From: Acidimicrobiaceae bacterium | GTDB taxonomy: Bacteria > Actinomycetota > Acidimicrobiia > Acidimicrobiales > Bog-793 | Reading direction: 5' to 3' | Assembly (NCBI GenBank): GCA_003159795.1 | Contig: PLPK01000018.1 | Span: forward strand, 1,394-65,393 | DNA: 64,000 nt | Shown: positions 7,566 through 17,435 of the stretch, piece by piece | Numbering within the stretch: the first letter of the stretch is position 1 | Layout of the letters: each line of letters begins with the position of its first letter | The notes under the pieces: generated by a model | Told to the model about the DNA's origin: nothing | What the model saw: only the letters and a program-made list of their open reading frames with translations | Database searches by the model: none | Program-made: the position numbers and the translations under genes

Positions 7566-9704
7566 TCAACCGGCGTCGAGCGGGCGGGGCGCGGCGATGA
7601 GGCGCAGGCCGCCACCGAGGCCACGGACCGTCGCCTCGGTCCCGTTCGTCTCGATCGCGATGCGACTCGCCCCGACCGGGACACGTTCGATCCTCACGCC
7701 GCCGAACGACGCCGGCAGCTGCGGCGCGAGCCAGACCGTTTCATCGGTGACGGCGGGGTCGAGCCGGAGCAACGTGCGCAGGAGGCTGAGGGGCGTCGCG
7801 GCGGCCCATGCCTGCGGGGAGCACGAGGTCGGGTAGCCGACCGGCACGGCGAACTCCTCGCGCGCGAACCCGCACAGCAACTCGGGGAGGCGTCCGTCAA
7901 AGGCCGTCGCGACGTCGAACAGTCCCCGCGCGACGGCCTGGGCCTCGGCCACAAACCCGTAGCGCATGAGCCCCGCCGCGGCGATGGCGCTGTCGTGGGG
8001 CCAGACCGAGCCGTTGTGGTAGCTCACCGGGTTGTACGCGCCCATCGAGCTCGCCAGCGTGCGCACCCCCCAGCCCGTGAACATCTCGGCCGAGAGGAGG
8101 TGCGCGGCGATCGACGCCGCGTGGGACTCCTCGACGATGCCGGTCCACAGGCAGTGGCCCATGTTCGAGGTGAGAGAGTCGATCGGGCGCTTCTCGGCGT
8201 CGAGGCCGATCGCCAGATAGCCCCGATCGGCGAGCCAGAAGCGCTCGTTGAAGGCCCGCCGCAACCGCCGGGCGCGCTCGGTGAACCGGGTCGCCGTCTC
8301 GTCGTCGCCGCGGGACCGCGCGATGCTTGCCCGGGCGAGATAGGCGGCGTAGACGTAACCCTGCACCTCGCAGAGGGCGACCGGCGCCTCCGCGATCCGG
8401 CCGTTCGCGTAGTTGACCCCGTCGAAGGAGTCCTTCCAGCCCTGGTTCATGAGACCACGGTTCGTCGCGCGTTGGTACTCGACGAAACCGTCGCCATCCC
8501 GGTCGCCGCACTTCTCGATCCATTCGAGCGCCCGGTCGGCGTGCGGCAGCAGACGGTCGATGACCCCGGGATCGACCCCCCAGTTGTCCAGCTCGCCGAG
8601 CAGCATGACGAACAGCGGGGTCGCGTCGATGGAGCCGTAGTAGACGGACTCCTCACCCCGGCCGGCGACCCCGGTCATGCCGGAGCGCATCTCGTGCAGG
8701 ATCCGACCCGGCTCCTCCTCGGTGCGCGGATCGTCGCGCTCGCCCTGGTAGCGGGCCAGCGTACTGAGTGTGCCGACGGCAATCGTCGGGTCGACACCCA
8801 GCGTCATCCACGACGTGATGAGGGAGTCGCGTCCGAAAAGTGTCATGAACCAGGGCGCACCCGCCGCGAGAACCGCCAGGCCCGGTTCGTCGGGATCGAA
8901 GATGCGCAGCACGCCGAGGTCCAGGATGCTGCGGTCAAGCGTCCGGTTGACGTCCTCGTTGTCGGTCTTCACCTTCGGCGTCGTCTCTTCCCAGGAACGC
9001 AGGCTCGTGGCGGGCGTCGACCGGTCGACCGGCTCGCCGCATCGATAGCGCGGCTCGACCGGCTCGCCGTTCATCTCGAGGTTGACCTCGAAGCAGGTCC
9101 GCCACTCGGCGCGTGGCGGCACGACCGCCTCCAGCGTGATGAGACCGCGCTCCGCCGTCGCCGACGGCGGCAGGGCCACGGTGATCCGGCGGGAACTCTC
9201 GCGGTAGGTATGCGTGATCACGAGCGCCGACTCGGTCACGACGACCTCGGTCTCGCCGCGGGGGTGCGCGAGACCCTGTTTCACTTCGAACAGCTGGGCG
9301 AAGTCGGCTCCCACCTCCATGGTGACCAGGCAGGCAGTCGCCTCGCCCCCGAGGTTCCGCAGTACGAGGTCCTCCTGCATCCCGTCGCCGACGAGCCGTT
9401 GCCTGATGACGAAGAGCGTGCTGTCCGCCTGGCCCTCGCGAGGCGGGAAGCGACCGAGGTACCGCGCCGCGAACGGGTCGCTCGGGACGACCGCCAGGAA
9501 CTGGACGGGTTGATCGTCGATCCGCAGCCGCCAGCCCGACAGGTACCGCGTGTCCCGGTAGAAGAGCCCCTGGGGTCCGCCGGGATCGATATCGCCGTTC
9601 GCCGCCGAGATCGCGAAGCTCGTCCCCTCGACGAGCGTCACCGTGCTGCCCTCGACGCTGCCGAGAGCGGGCTGTCCCCCGAAGACCCAGGCGTCGACGG
9701 TCAT
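7566..9704 (-). CDS. Glycogen debranching enzyme-type protein (GDE N-terminal domain plus amylo-alpha-1,6-glucosidase GDE_C domain).
   Basis: The motif GAPWFMTLFGRDSLITSWM and the (alpha/alpha)6-type C-terminal region fit this family. I trimmed the listed ORF (to 9965) to ATG at 9704 (MTVDAWVFGG...), because the upstream part is Arg-rich junk that overlaps the GT4 gene. Confidence 0.85.
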   Translation of the reverse strand: MTVDAWVFGGQPALGSVEGSTVTLVEGTSFAISAANGDIDPGGPQGLFYRDTRYLSGWRLRIDDQPVQFLAVVPSDPFAARYLGRFPPREGQADSTLFVIRQRLVGDGMQEDLVLRNLGGEATACLVTMEVGADFAQLFEVKQGLAHPRGETEVVVTESALVITHTYRESSRRITVALPPSATAERGLITLEAVVPPRAEWRTCFEVNLEMNGEPVEPRYRCGEPVDRSTPATSLRSWEETTPKVKTDNEDVNRTLDRSILDLGVLRIFDPDEPGLAVLAAGAPWFMTLFGRDSLITSWMTLGVDPTIAVGTLSTLARYQGERDDPRTEEEPGRILHEMRSGMTGVAGRGEESVYYGSIDATPLFVMLLGELDNWGVDPGVIDRLLPHADRALEWIEKCGDRDGDGFVEYQRATNRGLMNQGWKDSFDGVNYANGRIAEAPVALCEVQGYVYAAYLARASIARSRGDDETATRFTERARRLRRAFNERFWLADRGYLAIGLDAEKRPIDSLTSNMGHCLWTGIVEESHAASIAAHLLSAEMFTGWGVRTLASSMGAYNPVSYHNGSVWPHDSAIAAAGLMRYGFVAEAQAVARGLFDVATAFDGRLPELLCGFAREEFAVPVGYPTSCSPQAWAAATPLSLLRTLLRLDPAVTDETVWLAPQLPASFGGVRIERVPVGASRIAIETNGTEATVRGLGGGLRLIAAPRPLDAG

Positions 9705-9765
9705 TGCCCTACGGCTCCGCAACGACCCGAGGCGAACGCGCAACCGCCACTCCCCGCGGCTCGGC

Positions 9766-10788
9766 TCACGAGGCGCCGCTGACCACTCGGCGGTACAGGG
9801 CGATGTGCTCGTCCACCATCCGCCGCCGCGAGAAGTGGCCCTCGACCGCGGCGCGACAGCGCCGCCGGTCGATCTCGCCGATCCGGCCCATCGCCGCGAG
9901 AAGTGCCGGCTCGTCGTCGCAGACGAACCCGGTAACCCCGTCGCCGACGATCTCGGGGGCCGCACCGTAAGGCGTCGTCACGACCGGCGTGCCGCAGGCG
10001 AGTGCCTCGATCATCACCATGCCGAACGGCTCGGGCCAGGAGATCGGGTTGAGCAGCATCGTCGCGCCGCCGAGGAGGTCGAGCTTCGTCGCGTGGTCGA
10101 CCTCGCCGAGGTACTCGATGTCGGCACCGAGCAGCGGCTTGATAACCGACTCGACGTAGTCGATCTCCAGCTGCTCATGGCACTTCCCGGCGATCTTGAG
10201 CCCGATCCCGGCCTGCTGGGCGAGCCGGGCCGCGACGTGCGCCCCCTTGCCCGGGTTCATCCGGCCGAGGAAGAGCGCGTAACCCCCGGTCCCGTCGCCG
10301 ACCGGGAACTCGGCCGGATCCACCCCGTGGTGGATGACGGCGGCGATGGGCACGTCACCCGCTGTCGAGGCCTGGTGGTGGGAGATCGCGATGATGGGGA
10401 CGCGATCGGCGACGATCCGGTAGAGGTCGATGAGATCGCTCTCGAAAGGGCCGTGGTTCGTCGTGACGACGGGCAGGCGGGGGAACCGTTCCGAGTAGAG
10501 CGGTCCGATCAACGTGTGGTCGTGCACGACATCGACCTCGTGGGCCGCCGCGTAGGCGTGCACGACGTGGCGGATCTCCGCGGCGGCGCCGCCCAAGCCG
10601 ACGCCGATCGCGCGCTCGAAGACCCAGGAGCGCTCGACCGGGCACGTGCTCTCGCCCGTCGTGTAGAGCAGGACATCTTGTCCCGCGGCCATCAGCCCCC
10701 GGGCGAGGCCGTCGAGGACGGTCTCGGTCCCGCCGTAGGCGGGTGGGGGGACGGGCAGCCACGGCGGCGCCACAATCATGATGCGCAT
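9766..10788 (-). CDS. Glycosyltransferase family 4 (GT-B, group 1).
   Basis: The N-terminus MRIMIVAPPWLPVPPPAYGGTE and the EX7E-region motif EPFGMVMIEALACGTPVV fit GT4. The start is trimmed to ATG at 10788. Confidence 0.85.
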   Translation of the reverse strand: MRIMIVAPPWLPVPPPAYGGTETVLDGLARGLMAAGQDVLLYTTGESTCPVERSWVFERAIGVGLGGAAAEIRHVVHAYAAAHEVDVVHDHTLIGPLYSERFPRLPVVTTNHGPFESDLIDLYRIVADRVPIIAISHHQASTAGDVPIAAVIHHGVDPAEFPVGDGTGGYALFLGRMNPGKGAHVAARLAQQAGIGLKIAGKCHEQLEIDYVESVIKPLLGADIEYLGEVDHATKLDLLGGATMLLNPISWPEPFGMVMIEALACGTPVVTTPYGAAPEIVGDGVTGFVCDDEPALLAAMGRIGEIDRRRCRAAVEGHFSRRRMVDEHIALYRRVVSGAS

Positions 10789-10926
10789 CTCTACCTCTCC
10801 CCGTGGCGGCACCGTGTCCTGGGTGTCGTGTCGATCCGACAGGAGGTCACCACCAGTCACACAAACCTACGAGGTTGCGGCGCACCTCCGCGTCAACCCC
10901 CAGGGACAACGTCCCCGGTGGTCCAA

Positions 10927-12273
10927 CTAGCGGGCGATCCCGGCCAGGTCGACCCGGACGGTGTGGGTTGTACCGCTCGTGCTGACGTAGGTGACCGTCA
11001 CCGGCGCACCCGGCTTGTGCGCCTGGATAGCCCCGAGCAGCACACGGTTGTTGGGGGTCGCCGTGCCGTCAATCGCTGTGATCGTGTCGCCAGCCTGCAG
11101 GCCCGCCCGCTGCGCCGGGGTCGACGCGTCGACGGCGCTGATCTGCACCCCGGACAGGGGCGTCGTGGTGCTGGTCGGAAGATCGAAGGGGTTGATGAGG
11201 CCCGGGTACACCCCGCCGATCAGCACGCCGAGGAAAGCGCTCTCACCAAGGTGGATCTGCGACGACGACCGGCCCTGTGCGATCAGCCTCGCGATGGAGC
11301 GGGCGTGGTTGATCGGGATCGCGAACCCCTCGCCGTAGCCGGACGCCTCGGGCTGCTGGGCGGCCGTGTCCATCCCAATGACCTGGCCCTTCAGGTTCAC
11401 GAGCGGGCCACCCGAGTCACCCGGCACGATCCGCGCGTCGGTCCGCAGCAGGTTGTGCAGCGTCTCGTTCAAGGTCGTCCCCAGCGAGTCCTCCGCGTTG
11501 ATCGTGCGACCGACCGCCGTGATCGTCCCGCTGATCGCCGCGGGCTTGCCGCCGAGCCCGAGCGCATTGCCGATCGCGACGACCGTTGTCCCGATCTGGA
11601 CCGCCGCCGAGTTGCCGAGCCGCACGTAGGGCAGGTTCCTCGGCGCCCCGACGAGCTGGAGCAGCGCGATGTCCTGAGTTGCGTCCACGCCGACGACCTT
11701 GACGGGATAGGTGCCATGGCCGAAGACCGTCACCAGGATCCTCGTCGCCTCGGCGACGACATGGTTGTTCGTGAGCACCTCGCCGGTCGGTGTGACGAGC
11801 ATGCCCGTTCCGGCGGCGCGCTCGGCGCCCACCGCGAGCTGGTTGGCGACATCCGTCCGGATGTCGACGACGGCCGGGTCGACGGCGGCGGCCACCGCCG
11901 CGACGGCTCCCTTGCCTCCCGTGAGGCCCGTGCCGCTCGCTACGCCTGTGTTCGGCGGACTGCTCGAGTTGCTCCGCAGCAGGGCGTCGAGACCGGCCCC
12001 GAGCATGCCGGCGAGCAGCGCGACGACAACGACGAGCACGAGCACGGAACGACCTCTGCTGCGTTGGTGCGGCGTTCCGGCGTCTCGCGGTGCGGGAGGC
12101 GGGGCCCACTGCCACACGGCGGACCCCTCGTCCGGAGGCGGGGCAGATACCGGCCGGCCGGGATCGGCCGACGAACTGGCGGGGGCCCACTCCTCCGGGC
12201 CGGTGCCGCCCGCCCCGGGCGGCGTCACCCCACCGCCCGGCGGCGGGGTCGGGTTCTCGTTCTTCGCATCCAT
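10927..12273 (-). CDS. HtrA/DegP-like S1C serine protease with a Pro-rich N-terminus, a TM anchor and a C-terminal PDZ domain.
   Basis: The catalytic motif GDSGGPLV and the trypsin-like His/Asp regions (TNNHVV, DIALLQL) are present. A PDZ-like C-terminus is present (AGLQAGDTITAIDG). The ATG at 12273 has GAGGA 5 nt upstream. Confidence 0.88.
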   Translation of the reverse strand: MDAKNENPTPPPGGGVTPPGAGGTGPEEWAPASSSADPGRPVSAPPPDEGSAVWQWAPPPAPRDAGTPHQRSRGRSVLVLVVVVALLAGMLGAGLDALLRSNSSSPPNTGVASGTGLTGGKGAVAAVAAAVDPAVVDIRTDVANQLAVGAERAAGTGMLVTPTGEVLTNNHVVAEATRILVTVFGHGTYPVKVVGVDATQDIALLQLVGAPRNLPYVRLGNSAAVQIGTTVVAIGNALGLGGKPAAISGTITAVGRTINAEDSLGTTLNETLHNLLRTDARIVPGDSGGPLVNLKGQVIGMDTAAQQPEASGYGEGFAIPINHARSIARLIAQGRSSSQIHLGESAFLGVLIGGVYPGLINPFDLPTSTTTPLSGVQISAVDASTPAQRAGLQAGDTITAIDGTATPNNRVLLGAIQAHKPGAPVTVTYVSTSGTTHTVRVDLAGIAR

Positions 12274-12486
12274 CGGTCCTCGTTCCACAGTTCTCCGCTC
12301 GAGTTCCCGGCGTGGTCGCCGTCGAGATTCCTTTGCACGCTCGAGTATGGAGTCGGTATCTCGGATCCGTCTGGGTCCTGCCTGGGAAGTTCCTGTGAAG
12401 GGAGCCTCCTGACTCTACCCAACGTTAGCGGCGGGAACCTCCCGCGCCGCCTCGTCTGACGACCACCGGGGGGGCGCCGCCGGCGA

Positions 12487-14088
12487 TCAGGCGAGCGCGA
12501 CGAGGTCGGCGAGGTCGTCGCTCCAGTAGTCCTCCACGCCGTCGGGCATGAGCAGGACCCGCTCCGGCCGCAGCGCCTCCACGGCGCCGGGGTCGTGTGT
12601 GACGAGCACGATCGCGCCGGCGTAGCGGCGCAGCGAGGCGAGCACCTCGGCGCGGCTCGCGGGGTCGAGGTTGTTCGTCGGCTCGTCAAGGAACAGCACG
12701 TTCGCCGCCGAGACGACGAGGCAAGCGAGCGCGAGCCGGGTCTTCTCGCCCCCGGAGAGCGTGCCAGCCAACTGCTCGACGAGTTCGCCGCCGAAGAGGA
12801 ACGCGCCGAGGATGCGCCGCAGCTCGACGTCGGTCATCGTCGCCGGCGCGCCTCGGCGCATGTTGACGAACACCGAGGCGGCCGGGTCGAGCGTCTCGTG
12901 CTCCTGTGCGTAGTAGCCGAGGTGCAGGCCGTGGCCGGCCTCGACCACTCCGGCGTCGGCCGGCTCGAGCCCCGCGAGGACACGGAGCAGCGTCGTCTTG
13001 CCGGCCCCGTTGAGCCCTAGCACGACGACGCGCGAGCCGCGGTCGATCGCCAGATCGAGACCCCGGAACACCTCGACCGAGCCGAAACACTTCGCCAGCC
13101 CCTTCGCCACCAGGGGGGTCTTCCCGCACGGGGCCGGATCGGGGAAGCGGATCTTGGCCACCTTCTCGCGGCGGCGCACCTCGGGCAGGGCGGCGGCGAG
13201 ACCGGCGGCACGCCGTTCGAACTGATGGGCGGCGGAAGCTTTCGTCGCCTTGGCCCGCATGCGGTCCGCCTGCAGGCGGAGCGCGACGATCTTGCGCTCG
13301 GTGTTCGCGCGCTCGCGCTGCCGCCGGCGGTCGGCGGCCGCCTGCTGCTCGAGGTAGGTGCGCCAGCCGACGTTGTAGATGTCGAGCGCGGCCCGGTTGG
13401 CGTCGAGGTGGAAGACGCGGTTGACCGTCGCCTCGAGGAGCGTCGCGTCGTGGCTGATGATCACGCAGCCACCCTCGTGGACACGCAGGAACGCCCGCAG
13501 CCAGCCGATGGAGTCGGCATCAAGGTGGTTGGTCGGCTCGTCGAGGAGCAGCGTCGGCGCCCCCGAGAAAAGGACCCGGGCGAGCTCGATCCGCCGTCGC
13601 TGGCCACCGGAGAGGGTGCCGAGCGGCTGGGCGAGCACGCGGGTCGGGAGCCCGAGGCTCGAGGCGATCGAGGCCGCCTCGGATTCGGCGGCCCAGCCCC
13701 CGCGCGCCGCGAACCGCTCCTCGGCCTTGGCGTAACGGGACATCGCGTCGTCGCGACTGTCGCTGTCGGTACCCGCCATCTTCGCCACCGCGTCGGCGAG
13801 TTCGTCGAGGATTCGCACGAGTCCGCGCGCCGAGAGGATTCGGTGCCGTGCGATCTCGGCGAGGTCACCGGTCCTCGGGTCCTGCGGGAGGTAGGCGATC
13901 GCGCCCGTGCGACGGACCGATCCCTTCGCGGGTAGCGCCTCACCCGCGAGCACTCTGGTGAGCGTCGTCTTGCCCGCGCCGTTGCGACCGACGAGCCCGA
14001 TCCGGTCGCGGGGTCCGACGTTGAAGGTGGCCCCGGTGAGCAGCGTCCGGGCGCCGGCGGTGAGTTCGAGGTCTGTGGCGGAGATCAT
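12487..14088 (-). CDS. ABC-F family ATPase (two ABC domains, no TM domain; translation-factor type).
   Basis: There are two Walker A motifs (GRNGAGKTTL, GLNGAGKTTL), two LSGG signatures and an Arg/Lys-rich interdomain linker. The start is trimmed to ATG at 14088 (MISATDLELT...). Confidence 0.9.
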   Translation of the reverse strand: MISATDLELTAGARTLLTGATFNVGPRDRIGLVGRNGAGKTTLTRVLAGEALPAKGSVRRTGAIAYLPQDPRTGDLAEIARHRILSARGLVRILDELADAVAKMAGTDSDSRDDAMSRYAKAEERFAARGGWAAESEAASIASSLGLPTRVLAQPLGTLSGGQRRRIELARVLFSGAPTLLLDEPTNHLDADSIGWLRAFLRVHEGGCVIISHDATLLEATVNRVFHLDANRAALDIYNVGWRTYLEQQAAADRRRQRERANTERKIVALRLQADRMRAKATKASAAHQFERRAAGLAAALPEVRRREKVAKIRFPDPAPCGKTPLVAKGLAKCFGSVEVFRGLDLAIDRGSRVVVLGLNGAGKTTLLRVLAGLEPADAGVVEAGHGLHLGYYAQEHETLDPAASVFVNMRRGAPATMTDVELRRILGAFLFGGELVEQLAGTLSGGEKTRLALACLVVSAANVLFLDEPTNNLDPASRAEVLASLRRYAGAIVLVTHDPGAVEALRPERVLLMPDGVEDYWSDDLADLVALA

Positions 14089-14310
14089 CGGCGCGAGGTT
14101 CTGAGGGGATCGTGGCGGTGGGCGACCGGTATCCGGTCGATGCCGCCGGCCACCAGCATCGCGCCGATCGCGCACGCTGCTCGCGACGACACGACGCGCC
14201 ACGACGAGCGCCCGGGAGCGGTGCGCGTCGGCCCGTCGCCCGAGCGGGCAGGCGTCTCCCGGCCCCGCCCGCCCTTGACGATCCGGTGCCGGAGGTGCCT
14301 AGGTTGGGAG

Positions 14311-15648
14311 ATGATCAGCGCCGACGAGGTTGGGCCGGTCGGTCCCGCCAGGGGGGCCGGATCCGGGCCGACGATCGTTCCCCGACGACCGAGCACGACT
14401 GCGCGTCGCCGCCTGCGGGACCGGTTGGCCCGGGCGGTCGTCGTCCGCCTCCTTGGCTCGCTGCACGACGGTGCGCTCGCCATCACGGAGGACGGCCGAC
14501 GGCGGGTGTACGGCGAACCGGCCGAGGGCCTCACGATTCCCGAGATCACCGTCGTGTCGCCCGCGGCGTGGACCGCCGTCGCCACCGCGGCGAGCAGCGG
14601 ACTCGGACGCGCCTTCTACTCGGGCTGGTGGACGGTCGACGACCTCGACGACCTCGTGGTGTCGGTTCGCGTGATGATCCGCAACCTCGATCCGACAGAA
14701 CGCACCCAGCGCCTCGCCCATCTGCTTCTCGCGCCGGTGCTCTGGGCCCGCGTCCGGTTCCTTGAACGCCTCGGACGGCGCGACACCGACCGGCGCAACA
14801 TCGGCGCGCACTACGACCTCGGCAACGAGTTCTTCTCGCTCTTCCTCGACGAGACGATGACATATTCGTGCGCGCTGTTCGACTCCCCGGAGACCTCGCT
14901 TGCCGAGGCCCAGGTCGCCAAGCTCGACCGGCTCTGCCGCAAGCTGCAGCTCGGACCCTCCGACCATGTGCTCGAGATCGGCACCGGCTGGGGCGGCTTC
15001 GCCATCCACGCCGCACGGGCGTACGGCTGCCGAGTCACGACGACCACGCTCTCCGCCCGCCAGTTCGAGTTCGCCACCGAAAAGGTGGCAAGGGCAGGCC
15101 TCGCCGACCGGGTGACCGTGCTGCTTCGCGACTACCGGGACCTCGAGGGCACCTACGACAAGCTCGTTTCGATCGAGATGATCGAGGCCGTCGACTGGCG
15201 CCAGTACCCCACGTTCTTCTCGGCCTGCGCGCGTCTGCTCGCGCCGGGGGGTCTTATGGCGCTGCAGGCGATCACGATCACCGACCGGTACTTCGCACGC
15301 GCCCGGCAGAGCCGCGACTTCATCAAGCGCTACATCTTCCCGGGCGGCTGTCTGCCCTCGGTCGCAGCGATCCTCGAGACGACGGCGCACGTGACCGACC
15401 TCGAGCTCGTGGCCCTCGACGACATCGGGCCGCACTACACCGAGACGCTGCGCCGCTGGCGGGCCGCACTCGAGGCCCATGCCGACCGGTTGGCAGCCCT
15501 CGGCCTCGACGAGACGTTCCACCTGCTCTTCGACTTCTACCTGTGCTACTGCGAGGCCGCGTTTCTCGAGCGGCGGATCTCCGACATCCAGTGCCTGTTC
15601 GCCCGGTCGGGCTGGCGGCAGCCGGGCCCCGTCGCGCCGCCGGGCTAG
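14311..15648 (+). CDS. cfa: Cyclopropane-fatty-acyl-phospholipid synthase family SAM-dependent methyltransferase.
   Basis: The family motifs HYDLGNEFFSLFLDETMTYSCALF and LEIGTGWGGFAIHAA are present. The ATG at 14311 is preceded by GGTTGGGAG. Confidence 0.88.
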   Translation: MISADEVGPVGPARGAGSGPTIVPRRPSTTARRRLRDRLARAVVVRLLGSLHDGALAITEDGRRRVYGEPAEGLTIPEITVVSPAAWTAVATAASSGLGRAFYSGWWTVDDLDDLVVSVRVMIRNLDPTERTQRLAHLLLAPVLWARVRFLERLGRRDTDRRNIGAHYDLGNEFFSLFLDETMTYSCALFDSPETSLAEAQVAKLDRLCRKLQLGPSDHVLEIGTGWGGFAIHAARAYGCRVTTTTLSARQFEFATEKVARAGLADRVTVLLRDYRDLEGTYDKLVSIEMIEAVDWRQYPTFFSACARLLAPGGLMALQAITITDRYFARARQSRDFIKRYIFPGGCLPSVAAILETTAHVTDLELVALDDIGPHYTETLRRWRAALEAHADRLAALGLDETFHLLFDFYLCYCEAAFLERRISDIQCLFARSGWRQPGPVAPPG

Positions 15649-15663
15649 TCGCGCGCCGCTCGG

Positions 15664-15903
15664 TCAGACCCGCACGACCCGCGGCCTCTGCGCCGGCGTC
15701 GGCAGGCGGACGCCCCGTGCCGCCCACAGGCGGCACGACCCCGCCGGCGGCACGACCACGGCGGCGAGCGTCACGAACTGGCTCAGCCGCGTCGTGTGCT
15801 GGCGCACCGTCGCGACCCCAAGATCGCCCGCCTGCGCGGCGCGCGGTCCGCTCACGTGGGCTGGCGACGTCCCCGCCATCGTCTCGTCGGTGAGCCTGCT
15901 CAC
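15664..15903 (-). CDS. Hypothetical small protein (79 aa).
   Basis: It is not in the ORF track as a separate entry; it forms the C-terminal part of listed ORF 15664..16155. The GTG at 15903 is preceded by GGGGGAGGGGG. GC3 bias is very strong in this frame. I recognise no family. Confidence 0.4.
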   Translation of the reverse strand: MSRLTDETMAGTSPAHVSGPRAAQAGDLGVATVRQHTTRLSQFVTLAAVVVPPAGSCRLWAARGVRLPTPAQRPRVVRV

Positions 15904-15953
15904 GAAATCCCCCTCCCCCCGACACTCCCACCGGTGCTCCACTCCCGGCGGGT

Positions 15954-16463
15954 TCAACCCCCGACGAGCGTCTGCCAATCTCGAGCCGCGGCCGCAATCT
16001 CCGATCGGCTCCGCCGCAGCGACGACTCCGGGACCCGGTCGACGAGCTCGCGCTGGGCCCAGTAGTCGCGGCTCACCCCGGAGAAGAGATCCCGGCGGAG
16101 TTCGACCAACTCCGGGGGCGCGGGCGCGAGATAGCCGAAGAGGGCGAGGACGCATTCGATGTCGCCGGCCAGCGGCGCCCGGCCGAACAGGCCGGCGCGC
16201 TTCATGGCAAGCTCCACCGCTCCCATGAGCACGTCGTCACGCCGCTCCCCGGGCGCGAGCACGAGCCGGTCGGCGAATCGCCGGGCGAGCAGCAGCGCGT
16301 AGCCCTGGTCGGGCCCGGCCGTGCCGGTGCCCCGCCCCGACGGGGGCGGCCCCGAACGGAAGTCGGCGGGCCGGTTCGCCGTCCACGCCCGCGGCGGGCC
16401 GAGACGGCTCCCGGGACGCACCTCGTCCTCGATGGCGATGAGGGCGAACCTCGGTTGGGTCAT
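15954..16463 (-). CDS. Hypothetical protein (169 aa).
   Basis: The ATG at 16463 has GAGG 4 nt upstream, and codon bias is good. It lies 45 nt downstream of ilvE on the same strand. I recognise no domain. Confidence 0.6.
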   Translation of the reverse strand: MTQPRFALIAIEDEVRPGSRLGPPRAWTANRPADFRSGPPPSGRGTGTAGPDQGYALLLARRFADRLVLAPGERRDDVLMGAVELAMKRAGLFGRAPLAGDIECVLALFGYLAPAPPELVELRRDLFSGVSRDYWAQRELVDRVPESSLRRSRSEIAAAARDWQTLVGG

Positions 16464-16508
16464 CGGCCTCGTGTCTACCTTCCCGTGTGGGATCCGGTCG
16501 CGGCCGGG

Positions 16509-17435
16509 CTAGTTGACGTAGTCGAGCCAATCCTTGTACTGCTCGACCTCGCCGCGCACGGCCTTGAAGAAAACCTCCTGGATCGCACGCGTCATCGGGC
16601 CGGGCGTGCCGTCGCCGATCACGCGGTCGTCGACCGAGGCGATCGGCACGACCTCCGCCGCCGTGCCGGTCAGGAAGGCCTCCTCGGCAATGTAAAGGTC
16701 GGTCCGGCGCAAGGACTCCTCGGCGACGTCGTAGCCGAGGTCGCAGGCGATCGTCATCACGGATTCCGCCGTGACGCCCTCGAGGGCGACCGAGGCCGAG
16801 AAGGCCGGCGTGAGCAGGCGGCCGCGGCGGACGATGAAGAGGTTCTCCCCCGTGCACTCCGAGAGGAAGCCGTCGGTCGTGCACATCACCGCCTCCTCGT
16901 AGCCCGCCATCAACGCCTCGACCTTGGCGAGCGTCGAGTTGATGTAGGTCCCCGTCGCCTTGGCCGAGGCCGGCACCGACCGTGGGTCATTGCGCGCCCA
17001 CGAGCTGACCTTCACCCGGGCGCCGTGCGCGATGGCATCGTCACCGAGGTAGGCGTCCCAGGGCCACGCTGCGATGGCGACGTGGACCTCGCAGCTGAGC
17101 GGGCTGATTCCCAGGTCCCCGTAGCCGTAGTAGGCGATCGGCCGGATGTAGCAGGCGTCGAGGCCGGTCGCGCGCACCGTCGTCTTGATGGCCTCGAAGA
17201 TCTCGGCCTCGTTGTAGGGCAGCTTCATCATCAGCGTCCGCGCCGTCCGGTCGAAGCGGGAGACGTGGTCTGCGAGGCGGAAGACGGCCGGACCGCTCGC
17301 GGTCTTGTAGGCGCGGATGCCCTCGAATACTCCGGTCCCGTAGTGCAGCGAGTGCGTGAGGACGTGGATCTGCGCGTCGGCCCAGTCGACGAGTTCGCCG
17401 TCCATCCAGATCTTCTCGGTCGGAGTCAACGGCAT
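16509..17435 (-). CDS. ilvE: Branched-chain amino-acid aminotransferase (fold-type IV).
   Basis: The 308-aa product matches the class IV aminotransferase pattern ([33 protein letters not shown] ... [15 protein letters not shown]). Its start overlaps the end of leuB. Confidence 0.92.
   Translation of the reverse strand: MPLTPTEKIWMDGELVDWADAQIHVLTHSLHYGTGVFEGIRAYKTASGPAVFRLADHVSRFDRTARTLMMKLPYNEAEIFEAIKTTVRATGLDACYIRPIAYYGYGDLGISPLSCEVHVAIAAWPWDAYLGDDAIAHGARVKVSSWARNDPRSVPASAKATGTYINSTLAKVEALMAGYEEAVMCTTDGFLSECTGENLFIVRRGRLLTPAFSASVALEGVTAESVMTIACDLGYDVAEESLRRTDLYIAEEAFLTGTAAEVVPIASVDDRVIGDGTPGPMTRAIQEVFFKAVRGEVEQYKDWLDYVN

Noticed and set aside
7305-12459. Long + strand ORFs 7305..9782 (825 aa) and 9643..12459 (938 aa).
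   Set aside because: They are antisense to the GDE, GT4 and HtrA genes. Their composition is dominated by R, D, G, P and E, and they have no motifs.
14275-14305. A TTGACG ... TAGGTT promoter-like pair just upstream of the cfa ATG, suggesting a leaderless cfa mRNA.
   Set aside because: The spacer is 19 nt, longer than the 16-18 nt expected. A reasonable SD (GGTTGGGAG) overlaps the putative -10. This is too weak to report as a feature.
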